DNA from: an uncultured Sphingobacteriales bacterium
GTDB taxonomy: Bacteria; Bacteroidota; Bacteroidia; JAADEI01; JALVCQ01
DNA: 39,198 bases
Direction of reading: 5' to 3'
Assembly: GCA_964452325.1 (NCBI GenBank)
Contig: CAYVLB010000003.1
Span: 1 to 39,198 of the forward strand
Shown: piece by piece, positions 19,139 through 27,370 of the stretch
Layout of the letters: each line of letters opens with the position of its first letter
How positions within the stretch are numbered: the stretch's first letter is position 1
The notes under the pieces: generated by a model
Told to the model about the DNA's origin: nothing
What the model saw: the letters and a program-made list of their open reading frames with translations, nothing else
Databases searched by the model: none
Position numbers and translations under genes: made by a program

Positions 19139-19315
19139 ATGGCACATTGCTATCCTGTTCAATGGCAAGAAGTAAACATCATTGAAGAAGTGGAATATGC
19201 CCTCCACATAGGGATTAGGGCAGTACCATCGGTAGCTATCAATGGCCAAGTCGTTTTTACTGACCTGCCAACACCCTCTCAGTTGCGTCAAGTGATCAAA
19301 TCGGCATCCGAATAA
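19139..19315 (+). CDS. Short thioredoxin-fold (Thioredoxin_3-like) ORF, probably an N-terminally damaged remnant
   Basis: A 58-codon ORF below the track cut-off: MAHCYPVQWQEVNIIEEVEYALHIGIRAVPSVAINGQVVFTDLPTPSQLRQVIKSASE. The tail resembles small redox-active-disulfide proteins (..VPxxxINGxxVxxGxxPxxxxL). The expected CxxC is CYPV, and no beta1 strand lies in frame. Its stop overlaps the next start (TAATG). Confidence 0.4.
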   Translation: MAHCYPVQWQEVNIIEEVEYALHIGIRAVPSVAINGQVVFTDLPTPSQLRQVIKSASE

Positions 19316-19845
19316 TGATTGCATCATCGTGTTTTCAAGGACTGATGATAGGGATTGTTGGCTTTTTTGAACCGTGTACTATCGGAACGCACACACTGTT
19401 TGCTGCCCAACTACTGGGAATGGCTTTTTTTATTCGTTAAGCATCCGATTCCGAGAGAAAAATGGATACCCTGGAGGCTGATCGCGATCGCTTCGCTTAT
19501 ACTATATCACGGTATGCATGGATTCCGATACCTCATATTCGATGGTATCGATTGTGGGGCAAAGGGGAATCCCACCCACTATATCTCCAGCTCGGCCTAA
19601 CGATACCAGCTTGTACTATTCCACTGACGATATCAATAATCGGATGGGGGATGCTGAAAGGCCAATGGCCGGCAGCGGCAGCCCTCATGGCAGGCTACGC
19701 AACTGGATTATCACTACCAGTGTTCATTATTACGGTTATGGGAATGCATCCAATGGTTCGGGCAGTGCTTTCACCAGCGGCTCGTACCCCTTGGATTACT
19801 GCCATTGGCCTGGCTGTGGCCGCAGGATACTATTGGCATTTTTAA
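19315..19845 (+). pseudogene. Interrupted small polytopic membrane protein with two Pro-Cys helices (CcdA/DsbD-like by inference)
   Basis: Frame 1 reads MIASSCFQGLMIGIVGFFEPCTIGTHTLFAAQLLGMAFFIR and stops at TAA 19438-19440, just after a T7 run (19425-19431). The same frame resumes and ends ..LGLTIPACTIPLTISIIGWGML..AIGLAVAAGYYWHF. Frame 2 across the gap encodes the TM-like WRLIAIASLILYHGMHGF. The track shows this region as overlapping ORFs 19355-19600 and 19462-19845. Confidence 0.4.
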
Positions 19846-19869
19846 ACTTTTTTCCTGTAATGATATTGC

Positions 19870-19877
19870 TACCTTTG
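19870..19877 (+). promoter_or_regulatory. -7 box TAnnTTTG (TACCTTTG) 7 nt before the TonB-dependent receptor ATG
   Basis: TACCTTTG on the + strand; the ATG is at 19885. Confidence 0.4.
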
Positions 19878-19884
19878 CCAAGCC

Positions 19885-22725
19885 ATGAAAGTGCTGACAG
19901 AACGACTGTTCGTGACATGGCTGGCCCTGATACTTCTATATGAGAGCCATGCCCAAACCGCAACCTTGCAAGGAACGATATCTGATCAATCGAGCGACGA
20001 GCCCCTCATCGGCGCCACCATTCACCTTAAAGGCACCACGATCGGTACTGCCACCGATCTTCAAGGCAGTTTTCGAATTGAAGGGATTAAACCCGGAATC
20101 TACAACATCGAGATCTCTTACCTTGGCTATAAATCTGTCCTGCTAACCGGCATCCGCTTACAGGCCCACCAAACCCGAATACTCAATATCCAACTTCAGC
20201 CCACCGCCCTCACCATCGAAGAAGAAGTAGTAGTGGTCGGAGAAAAACCCTTGGTCGATGTCGAAGAAGCTCGAACCACCCAGCGCCTCTCCATCGAAAA
20301 GATCGAAGCCGCCCCCGTACGTCCCATCCAAGGCATTCTCAACACACAAGCAGGTATTGTGACCTCGCCCGCTGGCTTACACATTCGGGGAGGACGCACC
20401 TATGAAACGGGCTTTTTTATCGACGGAGTATCCGCCAAGGACCCCTTGGCAGGAACAGGATTCGGCGTGGACGTGGCCGCTGAAATGTTGGGAGAGATTG
20501 AAGTAACCACTGGGGCCGCTGACGTCGAATACGGCAATGCCACTGCCGGCATTGTCAAAGCTAGCACCCGAAGTGGTGGTGAATACCTTTCCGGAAGAAT
20601 CCGATGGAAACGGGATCACTTCCAGTTGAATGACCACTGGCCTTCATCGTTTGGGCAAGATATTTTATCCGTTTCCCTATCAGGACCGTTTCCAAGGACG
20701 CAAAAAAAACTCCGATTCCATCTCTCGGGACAATTCAACTTTTCCGACCTTTACCTTAAAAACCCCGCCCGCCAACTTTATTCCTCATTGCTTGATAACA
20801 ATCCCCGTTGGTCCCCCCGACAGGACAATCGATGGTCCGTTTTCTCAAAATGGAATTATCATTTGGATGCAACGCACGAATTGTCAGCATCATACCTCAA
20901 CACGTTGACCATCAATCAGGACCTTAACATGTTGCGCATCACCAGCAACGAAGTAGGCTACCGACCCGGATATCAATTCCGATTTCACCTGATGCCTGAC
21001 CAAGCTACCACTTTTACACACCACTCCACCCTCACAACCATTCAGTGGAAACATACCCCTTCGCCCCAATGGACCTACAAGGTCTTGTTATCCCGTCTCT
21101 ACGTACGCCTCCGAGGAGATGCTAACGGACGTCCCTGGCGTCCTGATACCATCCAAGAAGAACTTGACCCCGATGTCATCGTGCCATATCCCGTTGAGTA
21201 TTTTAATCCGGATGATAGCATCGTTTTCGTAATGCCCGTGCCCGCATTATATAACAACGGAGGAATTGCACCCCTATGGCACGATCACGTGGTTATCGAA
21301 TACACTATTAAACCCGTGTTTAATTTCTACTCCAACAATGGCCAAAATCGGCTGACGGTAGGATGGGAGCACAAAGAACAGTTTTTTCAGTGGATCGACA
21401 TTCGGCGGCCGTGGGTGGGAGCTCCCATTCGACTCCCTAACGGAAACATTACCCAATCATACCGGCTGGGTGAGATCTCGGACATTTGGCGGGTACGCCC
21501 CGCCAATGGGGCATTGTTTATGGCATATCGCTTTCGGCATTTCGGATTTATTCTCAATGCAGGCATTCGATTGGAATATTGGATGCCAGGACATTTCGTA
21601 GATCAGGCCGTGTTAGACAGCGCTGCCCCCATTGCCGAAGCCTTTCGGCAAGTATATCTGAACGAAAGCTTGAATGTGTTCGGCCGGCGAACCAAGTTTT
21701 TTCTCCTCCCTCGACTGGGAGTTTCGTTTCCCGTCAATGAAAATCAAGTGCTGTTCTTTAATTATGCCCATTCAACCATCCTGCCCCATCCCACCTACGT
21801 TTACACCGGACTTGACCCATACTATGCCGATCGATCTACCCTTCGTTTCGTGGGCAATCCTGCCCTCAACCCCGAAGTTGACATCTCCTACGAATTGGGG
21901 CTAAAATCTCAACTCTCTGATGATGATGCATTAACCGCTTCCACCTACTGGAAAGATAAATATCAATTCATCACCTCATCGCAGGTTCAGATTAAAGATG
22001 CCACCGGCCGAGAAATCACTCGTACGATCCGCATCAATTCTGACTATGCCCGCGTACGTGGCATTGAGTTAAGTTACTACAAGCGCATAGGAAAATGGCT
22101 CAGCGGACAATTGTCGGCATCATACAGCAGCGTCACTGGCCAAAGCGCCTCAGCCAATGAAACCATCAAACAAATATTAAGCACTGGCAGTCGGGAAGAT
22201 ACCCGAGAATATCCCTTGCCTTGGGACCGACCCCTCGACCTCAAATCCAACATACTGATCCGACCACCCAAGTCTACATGGTTACCTTGGCTGAAAAACT
22301 ATAGCCTGTATGTGGAAGCCACTTATCGTTCAGGGTTGCGATACACGCCATACCTACTGACCGGCCACGAACCCATCTCGGGAAGACCAATCTACGAACG
22401 AAGTAACCGTCCCGATGATTATTACGGGCAAATCGGCAAAAACTGGTTCTGGATGGATATGACATTCCGTAAGTGGTGGAAAATAAAGCAATGGTCGCTA
22501 TCCTTATCATTGGAAATAACCAACTTGTGGAATAATAAAAACGCCACCATTATCAACCCTGTCACGGGACGTGCTTATGAATATGGCGACCCCGTTCCCA
22601 GCGAATGGCTCGATTACCGATATCAAGATCCACGCGACCCCCGATCATGGGGTCTGCCACCCGATAATCCCGCTCGATATATGCCACAACGTCACGTACT
22701 CCTGGGAATCTCTGTCAAATGGTAG
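19885..22725 (+). CDS. TonB-dependent receptor with N-terminal CarboxypepD_reg-like domain
   Basis: A 946-aa ORF with signal peptide ..LLYESHAQ. The CarboxypepD_reg domain reads GTISDQSSDEPLIGATIHLKGTTIGTATDLQGSFRIEGIKPGIYNIEISYLGYKS. The plug carries GLHIRGGRTYETGFFIDGVS, and the protein ends GISVKW. No SusD-like gene follows. Confidence 0.9.
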   Translation: MKVLTERLFVTWLALILLYESHAQTATLQGTISDQSSDEPLIGATIHLKGTTIGTATDLQGSFRIEGIKPGIYNIEISYLGYKSVLLTGIRLQAHQTRILNIQLQPTALTIEEEVVVVGEKPLVDVEEARTTQRLSIEKIEAAPVRPIQGILNTQAGIVTSPAGLHIRGGRTYETGFFIDGVSAKDPLAGTGFGVDVAAEMLGEIEVTTGAADVEYGNATAGIVKASTRSGGEYLSGRIRWKRDHFQLNDHWPSSFGQDILSVSLSGPFPRTQKKLRFHLSGQFNFSDLYLKNPARQLYSSLLDNNPRWSPRQDNRWSVFSKWNYHLDATHELSASYLNTLTINQDLNMLRITSNEVGYRPGYQFRFHLMPDQATTFTHHSTLTTIQWKHTPSPQWTYKVLLSRLYVRLRGDANGRPWRPDTIQEELDPDVIVPYPVEYFNPDDSIVFVMPVPALYNNGGIAPLWHDHVVIEYTIKPVFNFYSNNGQNRLTVGWEHKEQFFQWIDIRRPWVGAPIRLPNGNITQSYRLGEISDIWRVRPANGALFMAYRFRHFGFILNAGIRLEYWMPGHFVDQAVLDSAAPIAEAFRQVYLNESLNVFGRRTKFFLLPRLGVSFPVNENQVLFFNYAHSTILPHPTYVYTGLDPYYADRSTLRFVGNPALNPEVDISYELGLKSQLSDDDALTASTYWKDKYQFITSSQVQIKDATGREITRTIRINSDYARVRGIELSYYKRIGKWLSGQLSASYSSVTGQSASANETIKQILSTGSREDTREYPLPWDRPLDLKSNILIRPPKSTWLPWLKNYSLYVEATYRSGLRYTPYLLTGHEPISGRPIYERSNRPDDYYGQIGKNWFWMDMTFRKWWKIKQWSLSLSLEITNLWNNKNATIINPVTGRAYEYGDPVPSEWLDYRYQDPRDPRSWGLPPDNPARYMPQRHVLLGISVKW

Positions 22726-23606
22726 TGCAGCGCGCCGCTCACTGGCAGGCTCATCAAGGAGCTGTATACTCACTGGATATTTTGCCAAATGGCGAGCTCG
22801 TATCGGGAGGTGGTGATGGCTTAGTCATCCGATGGGATCTGAAAAGCCAACAGCCCATTCGAAAATGGGGACCTTTTTCGGGAGCACCGTTTGTCGTGCG
22901 TAGTGTCGGTACAGAAATCTATGCAGGACTATTCCGACGAGGACTCGTCGTACTTGATGCCAAAGCCCCACAACTGATCGCCTACTGGGACAAGCGTGTT
23001 TCAGTATTTGCCATCTCACAACCCGTCGGGCCACACCTATGGATCGGAATGAGCCAAGGGTATCTGATGCAATGGAACCTTGAAAGCCATGAACCCGCAG
23101 CAATTTATCAAGTAGGTAATCATTCCTGGCGAAGCGTGGAAGTGGTGAATGATACAATATGGGCAGGAAATAGTCAGGGAGAATTGCTCATCATTAACCA
23201 AAATGGAAAACCACTATTTTTAGGCAGGATTCATCAAAAAGCCATCTTTGCCTTTCATGCCACCCCCGGATTCGTTGCGAGTGCCAGCCACGACCGCCAA
23301 ATTCAGTTGTGGGACCCCCACTTCGAATCAGCCCCCAAACTCACCAAACAATTGCAGGGACACACTCGAGGGGTCCTCACAGTGACACAGTGGCAAAAAT
23401 GGCTCATCAGTGGAAGCCAAGACAAAAGCATCAAAATATGGGATACCACATCCGGGAAAGCCATTCGAACCATCCATCCAATATTTTCCTCATCCGCACA
23501 TCAATACGCAATTAATGCCCTGGCAAGCACCCAACACTTTTTCGTGGCAGGGAGTGAAGATCGTTCAATATCTCTGTGGATAGCCGATGATGAGACCACC
23601 CCCTAA
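22719..23606 (+). CDS. WD40-repeat beta-propeller protein, no signal peptide
   Basis: A 295-aa ORF with WD-type repeats: HQGAVYSLDILPNGELVSGGGDGLVIRWDL, ASASHDRQIQLWD, GHTRGVLTVTQWQKWLISGSQDKSIKIWD and AGSEDRSISLW. Its start overlaps the receptor stop (ATGGTAG). Confidence 0.8.
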   Translation: MVVQRAAHWQAHQGAVYSLDILPNGELVSGGGDGLVIRWDLKSQQPIRKWGPFSGAPFVVRSVGTEIYAGLFRRGLVVLDAKAPQLIAYWDKRVSVFAISQPVGPHLWIGMSQGYLMQWNLESHEPAAIYQVGNHSWRSVEVVNDTIWAGNSQGELLIINQNGKPLFLGRIHQKAIFAFHATPGFVASASHDRQIQLWDPHFESAPKLTKQLQGHTRGVLTVTQWQKWLISGSQDKSIKIWDTTSGKAIRTIHPIFSSSAHQYAINALASTQHFFVAGSEDRSISLWIADDETTP

Positions 23607-24748
23607 AGGCGGTGAAGAAACAATCCACTTCGCATTTTAGGCTCGATCCACGTCGCTTTCGGGGGAAGGGTTTTTCCCCGATCGGCATATTCAAATATCC
23701 GTTGAATAGCAACAGGTGGTAAAATTATCAATGCACCCTGGGCATCCCTTGTACGTCGCATCAACTCATCGGCAGATAATCGCCCATTAAGATAAGACAC
23801 TCCAATAGCCGTCCCTTTTCGGAATTCCCCCAATACTTCATCGACTTGCTCGACTGGCAACCCCGTTAAGCAAGTTACATCGTAGATGCGCACCTTCCCA
23901 TCCCAGCAAATACCCACCTCACTACCCGACAATCGGACCGCACCCAGTGGAATATCGTCATCAACAGCAGCACCAAAATACGAAGCAAACAGTGCTTCCA
24001 ATACAGAATATTCCAGGCGACTCAAAGGATGGATCAGCCGATGAAATGGGAAAACCCGTACCTGATCGGAAGATACCGCAAAGGCCATAATTGCCTTGCC
24101 ATGCTTACCCCGATAGTAATGATCATAAGCATGGCACCGATGATGACCATCCCCAATGTAAACCGTGGCAATCCGATGAAACGCCTCTTGAAGCTCCTTT
24201 AGCTCCTCACAACCTACCGACCATATCGTATGGCGAATACCAACTTCATCCAAAAACGAAAGGAAAGGCGGCCGATTACTCACAGCCGATCGAATGCCCC
24301 TTTCCTCCGAAAACGGAGCATGGATGACCAATACTGGACTGCCATTAAGGTGTACTTGCTGAAAATACTCCACAATGTGGTGTGCCTTATCCGACAAAAT
24401 ATTTTCGTGTTTGCGGATGCGCCCTGCCCGATAATCTTCCACCAAGAACCCGCCAACCCATCCTTCAAAGTAATATCCATCCCCTTCCTGCCGATATAAC
24501 CATGCCACCGGTGCATCTTGGGATTGAAAGAAACCTTCCCTCTCCCACTTTTTGAACAAACGTCGGCGATATTCACCAACTGTCGTTGGAGAAAGTTTCG
24601 GTGTGTAAAGTTGGGGAAACAACAAGTGATGGTAAGCATCCGGACGAAGTGGATGTGCGGCAACGCCTTGCTCATAACTGACGGATGTAAAGGTTGACAC
24701 CCGCTGCTGGCTAGGAATCAACATCTGAATAGGGACAAATCCCACCAT
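23603..24748 (-). CDS. DUF1015 family protein
   Basis: A 381-aa ORF with IGDGHHR and HENILSDK-type motifs. It sits directly downstream of serC-serA, as is usual for DUF1015 in this lineage. Confidence 0.75.
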   Translation of the reverse strand: MVGFVPIQMLIPSQQRVSTFTSVSYEQGVAAHPLRPDAYHHLLFPQLYTPKLSPTTVGEYRRRLFKKWEREGFFQSQDAPVAWLYRQEGDGYYFEGWVGGFLVEDYRAGRIRKHENILSDKAHHIVEYFQQVHLNGSPVLVIHAPFSEERGIRSAVSNRPPFLSFLDEVGIRHTIWSVGCEELKELQEAFHRIATVYIGDGHHRCHAYDHYYRGKHGKAIMAFAVSSDQVRVFPFHRLIHPLSRLEYSVLEALFASYFGAAVDDDIPLGAVRLSGSEVGICWDGKVRIYDVTCLTGLPVEQVDEVLGEFRKGTAIGVSYLNGRLSADELMRRTRDAQGALIILPPVAIQRIFEYADRGKTLPPKATWIEPKMRSGLFLHRL

Positions 24749-24753
24749 ATGTT

Positions 24754-25719
24754 CTAACGATCCCTAAGGAGTTCGATCAATTGACGGGCCAATTCCAGCC
24801 CGATTCGTTCTTGGGCCTCCACCGTGGAAGCCCCGATATGAGGTGTTACAGATATCTTGGGATGTCCCAATAGCACCGGCCGTGGGGTGGGTTCATCTTC
24901 AAAGACATCGAAAGCTGCACCCGCCAAATGACCTGTATCCAACAACCGTACCACCGCTTCTTCATCTACCACACCACCTCGAGCACATTGAATAAGGTAT
25001 GCGCCAGGGCGCATTTTTCGCAAGCGGCTTTCATCTAACAACATCTGAGTTTGCGCAACCAACGGCACATGCACCGATACCACATCCGAACCCGCCAACA
25101 CCTCGTCAATCGGATCAGAGCTAAGACTAATAATCGGCACCGGTTGAATCCCCCATAGTTCCACCTTCAAGTTGACTGCGGGAACGTACGGATCATGATA
25201 TCGCACCCTCATCCCCAGGCCCAAAGCCCGCATCGCCACTTCCCGAGCAATCTTACCCATCCCAATAAGTCCTAATACCTTACCAGCAGCTTCCCGTCCT
25301 TTAGAATAGCTCTTCTTGAGTATCTTAAAATCTTTACCCTCGCGTACATCCGGCATCTCCCGATTAGATCGATGCAGGAAACGCATCAGCCCCAACATAT
25401 GGCCCATCACCAGTTCTGCCACTGACGAGGACGAGGCCCCAGGCGTATTAATGACTCGAATCCCAAGCTCCTCAGCCACCTTCAGGTCAATATTATCCAT
25501 GCCAACCCCAGCCCGTGCAATCACTTTAAGGTGGGGGTTGGCCCGAAGGAGCGAATCGGTAACCTTCGTAGCACTCCGCACAATGAGAACGTCATACGCT
25601 TTAAGGCGTTGTAATAGCTCTTCGTCCGGCAATGGGCCTACATCCACTTCCCACCCTTGGGCTTCCAATAAATGAATAGCCTTCTTGACCAAACCGTCAT
25701 TTGCAAGAATTTTAACCAT
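24754..25719 (-). CDS. serA: D-3-phosphoglycerate dehydrogenase (short form, D-2-hydroxyacid dehydrogenase family)
   Basis: ORF 24754-25743. It has the NAD fold GLIGMGKIAREVA, then CARGGVVDE and TPHIGAST. It lies immediately after serC. The track start is TTG; the ATG at 25719 (MVKILANDGL) leaves 4 nt after the serC stop. Confidence 0.88.
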   Translation of the reverse strand: MVKILANDGLVKKAIHLLEAQGWEVDVGPLPDEELLQRLKAYDVLIVRSATKVTDSLLRANPHLKVIARAGVGMDNIDLKVAEELGIRVINTPGASSSSVAELVMGHMLGLMRFLHRSNREMPDVREGKDFKILKKSYSKGREAAGKVLGLIGMGKIAREVAMRALGLGMRVRYHDPYVPAVNLKVELWGIQPVPIISLSSDPIDEVLAGSDVVSVHVPLVAQTQMLLDESRLRKMRPGAYLIQCARGGVVDEEAVVRLLDTGHLAGAAFDVFEDEPTPRPVLLGHPKISVTPHIGASTVEAQERIGLELARQLIELLRDR

Positions 25720-25723
25720 ATGT

Positions 25724-26797
25724 TCATCCGTATTTTTGAGCAAAATGATGCATTACTTCAACCAATACCCTGACACTCTCTTCTGAAAGCGCATTATAAC
25801 AAGAGGCCCGGAATCCACCCACCGACCGATGTCCCTTGATCCCCACAATGCCTGCTGAACGTGTAGCATCAAGAAAAGCAGGTTCCAATCGAGGATCATT
25901 CATAACAAAGGTAATGTTCATCAGCGACCGATCTTCTTTGGCCGCTGTCCCTTCAAAAAGTGGGTTTCGGTCAATTTCTCCATATAGCATCTCCGCCTTG
26001 ACCCGATTGTGACGTTCAATTGTTGCAACCCCGCCCTGCTGCGCTAACCATTGCAGCGTAAGATAAGACAAGTAAATCGCAAAAACAGGAGGTGTATTTA
26101 GCATTGACCCCTTTGATGCATGCTTTTGATAATTCCATATCTCGGGAATTGGACGCGTCGAAGTGGGCAACATATCTTTTCGAATTATAACGAGCGTTGT
26201 ACCCGCGGGCCCCATATTTTTTTGCGCACCGGCATATATGATAGCAAAGCGTCGAACATCAATCGGACGACTAAATATATCCGAAGACATATCACACACC
26301 ATCGGCACAGGCGACTCCGGAAAGTGCTTCATCTGCGTACCATAAATAGTATTGTTCGACGTGCAATGAAAATAGGCCACATCTGAAGGAATGGTATAAT
26401 CCTTTGGAATACGCCGAAAACCTTCATCGGCACCAGAAGCTACGATTTCTACCGACCCGAAAAGCCGAGCCTCCGCAATGGCTTTCTTCGCCCACGTTCC
26501 CGTCTCCAAATAAGCCGCCCTTCCGTTAGCAGGAAGAAAATTGTACGGGATCTGGGCAAACTGCTGACGAGCCCCCCCCTGTAAAAACAATACATCATAG
26601 TCGTCAGGAACATCCAGCAAACGACGCACTATCGCCTGTGATTCATTCATTATCTCGGACCATTCCGACGACCGATGCGAGACGGAAACCACCGGAAGAC
26701 CGGTTCCTTCAAAGTCCCGAAGCCCCTTAATCGCTTGCTCGATGGCATCCTGAGGCAAAACTGCCGGACCCGCATAAAAATTATACTTGAATGGCAT
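25724..26797 (-). CDS. serC: Phosphoserine aminotransferase
   Basis: A 357-aa ORF with N-terminus NFYAGPAVLP, then IIYAGAQKNMGPAGTTLVI and GHRSVGGFRASCYNA. Confidence 0.93.
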   Translation of the reverse strand: MPFKYNFYAGPAVLPQDAIEQAIKGLRDFEGTGLPVVSVSHRSSEWSEIMNESQAIVRRLLDVPDDYDVLFLQGGARQQFAQIPYNFLPANGRAAYLETGTWAKKAIAEARLFGSVEIVASGADEGFRRIPKDYTIPSDVAYFHCTSNNTIYGTQMKHFPESPVPMVCDMSSDIFSRPIDVRRFAIIYAGAQKNMGPAGTTLVIIRKDMLPTSTRPIPEIWNYQKHASKGSMLNTPPVFAIYLSYLTLQWLAQQGGVATIERHNRVKAEMLYGEIDRNPLFEGTAAKEDRSLMNITFVMNDPRLEPAFLDATRSAGIVGIKGHRSVGGFRASCYNALSEESVRVLVEVMHHFAQKYG

Positions 26798-26831
26798 GGC
26801 AGAAATCTATACTTTACATTTTCGAGCTCGG

Positions 26832-26839
26832 CAAAAGTA
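26832..26839 (-). promoter_or_regulatory. -7 box TAnnTTTG (TACTTTTG) upstream of serC-serA-DUF1015
   Basis: The reverse complement of 26832-26839 is TACTTTTG, 34 nt upstream of ATG 26797. A TTTG lies 16 nt further upstream (26856-26859). Confidence 0.4.
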
Positions 26840-27129
26840 GGAACCCTCGACAGCGCAAAACGAAAAACGGTGAATTAGATTCCCAACAATCATCGTTCAC
26901 TCACCGCACCCAACGCGGTATAGGCTACCCGACGACATACCTCCCGCCACATTAAATGGAAGATTAACCTAAGGCATATCATATCAAAAACAAGCCAATA
27001 CCAACGGCAGACAAGAACAAAATTGCTGCCAAAAACAAACCCAACTATCCCCAAGAAATTGCATCTATGCCTTCCCCCACCCCTACTTAAGATAAAACAC
27101 GGTAGAATGACAACCCCCCTCGATATACG

Positions 27130-27215
27130 TACCCAGGGTGGGACTCGAACCCACACGGGCCTTACGGCCCACAGGATTTTAAGTCCTGTGTGTCTACCAA
27201 TTCCACCACCTGGGC
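27130..27215 (-). tRNA. tRNA-Leu (anticodon UAA), 86 nt with long variable arm
   Basis: The reverse complement reads GCCCAGGTGGTGGAATTGGTAGACACACAGGACTTAAAATCCTGTGGGCCGTAAGGCCCGTGTGGGTTCGAGTCCCACCCTGGGTA. The anticodon loop is CTTAAAA and the T-loop is GGTTCGAGTCC. Confidence 0.95.
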
Positions 27216-27252
27216 ACAATCCCTTTGCACGATAGAAAGCCAGGGAAGAACG

Positions 27253-27324
27253 AGCGGGAGACGGGATTTGAACCCGCGACCCCAACCTTGGCAAGGTTGT
27301 GCTCTACCCCTGAGCTACTCCCGC
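27253..27324 (-). tRNA. tRNA-Gly (anticodon GCC), 72 nt
   Basis: The reverse complement reads GCGGGAGTAGCTCAGGGGTAGAGCACAACCTTGCCAAGGTTGGGGTCGCGGGTTCAAATCCCGTCTCCCGCT. The anticodon loop is TTGCCAA. Confidence 0.95.
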
Positions 27325-27338
27325 TAGTTAAGGCGCTG

Positions 27339-27346
27339 CAAAGTTA
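27339..27346 (-). promoter_or_regulatory. -7 box TAnnTTTG (TAACTTTG) upstream of tRNA-Gly/tRNA-Leu
   Basis: The reverse complement of 27339-27346 is TAACTTTG, 14 nt upstream of the tRNA-Gly 5' end. Confidence 0.45.
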
Positions 27347-27370
27347 TGATGTCAGTTTCTAATTGACATA

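Noticed and set aside
19130-19327. 65-aa ORF on the - strand across the thioredoxin-like ORF
   Set aside because: It has no recognisable features, lies antisense to a more plausible + strand ORF that is stop/start-coupled to the next gene, and has no promoter box.
27071-27120. C-runs (G-runs on the - strand) as a possible G-quadruplex
   Set aside because: One inter-tract loop would be about 30 nt and the fourth tract is only GG, so this is not a credible G4.
26890-27294. 134-aa ORF on the - strand
   Set aside because: It is a read-through of the tRNA-Gly and tRNA-Leu genes plus spacer (MPRLGSRVQIPSP.. is the tRNA-Gly T-arm translated), so it is not a protein gene.
27349-27369. 6-bp hairpin ATGTCA..TGACAT immediately after the purA stop, as a possible intrinsic terminator
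   Set aside because: The stem is short and AT-rich, the loop is 9 nt, and no U-tract follows. It also overlaps the approach to the tRNA-Gly promoter box, which is too weak a case to call.
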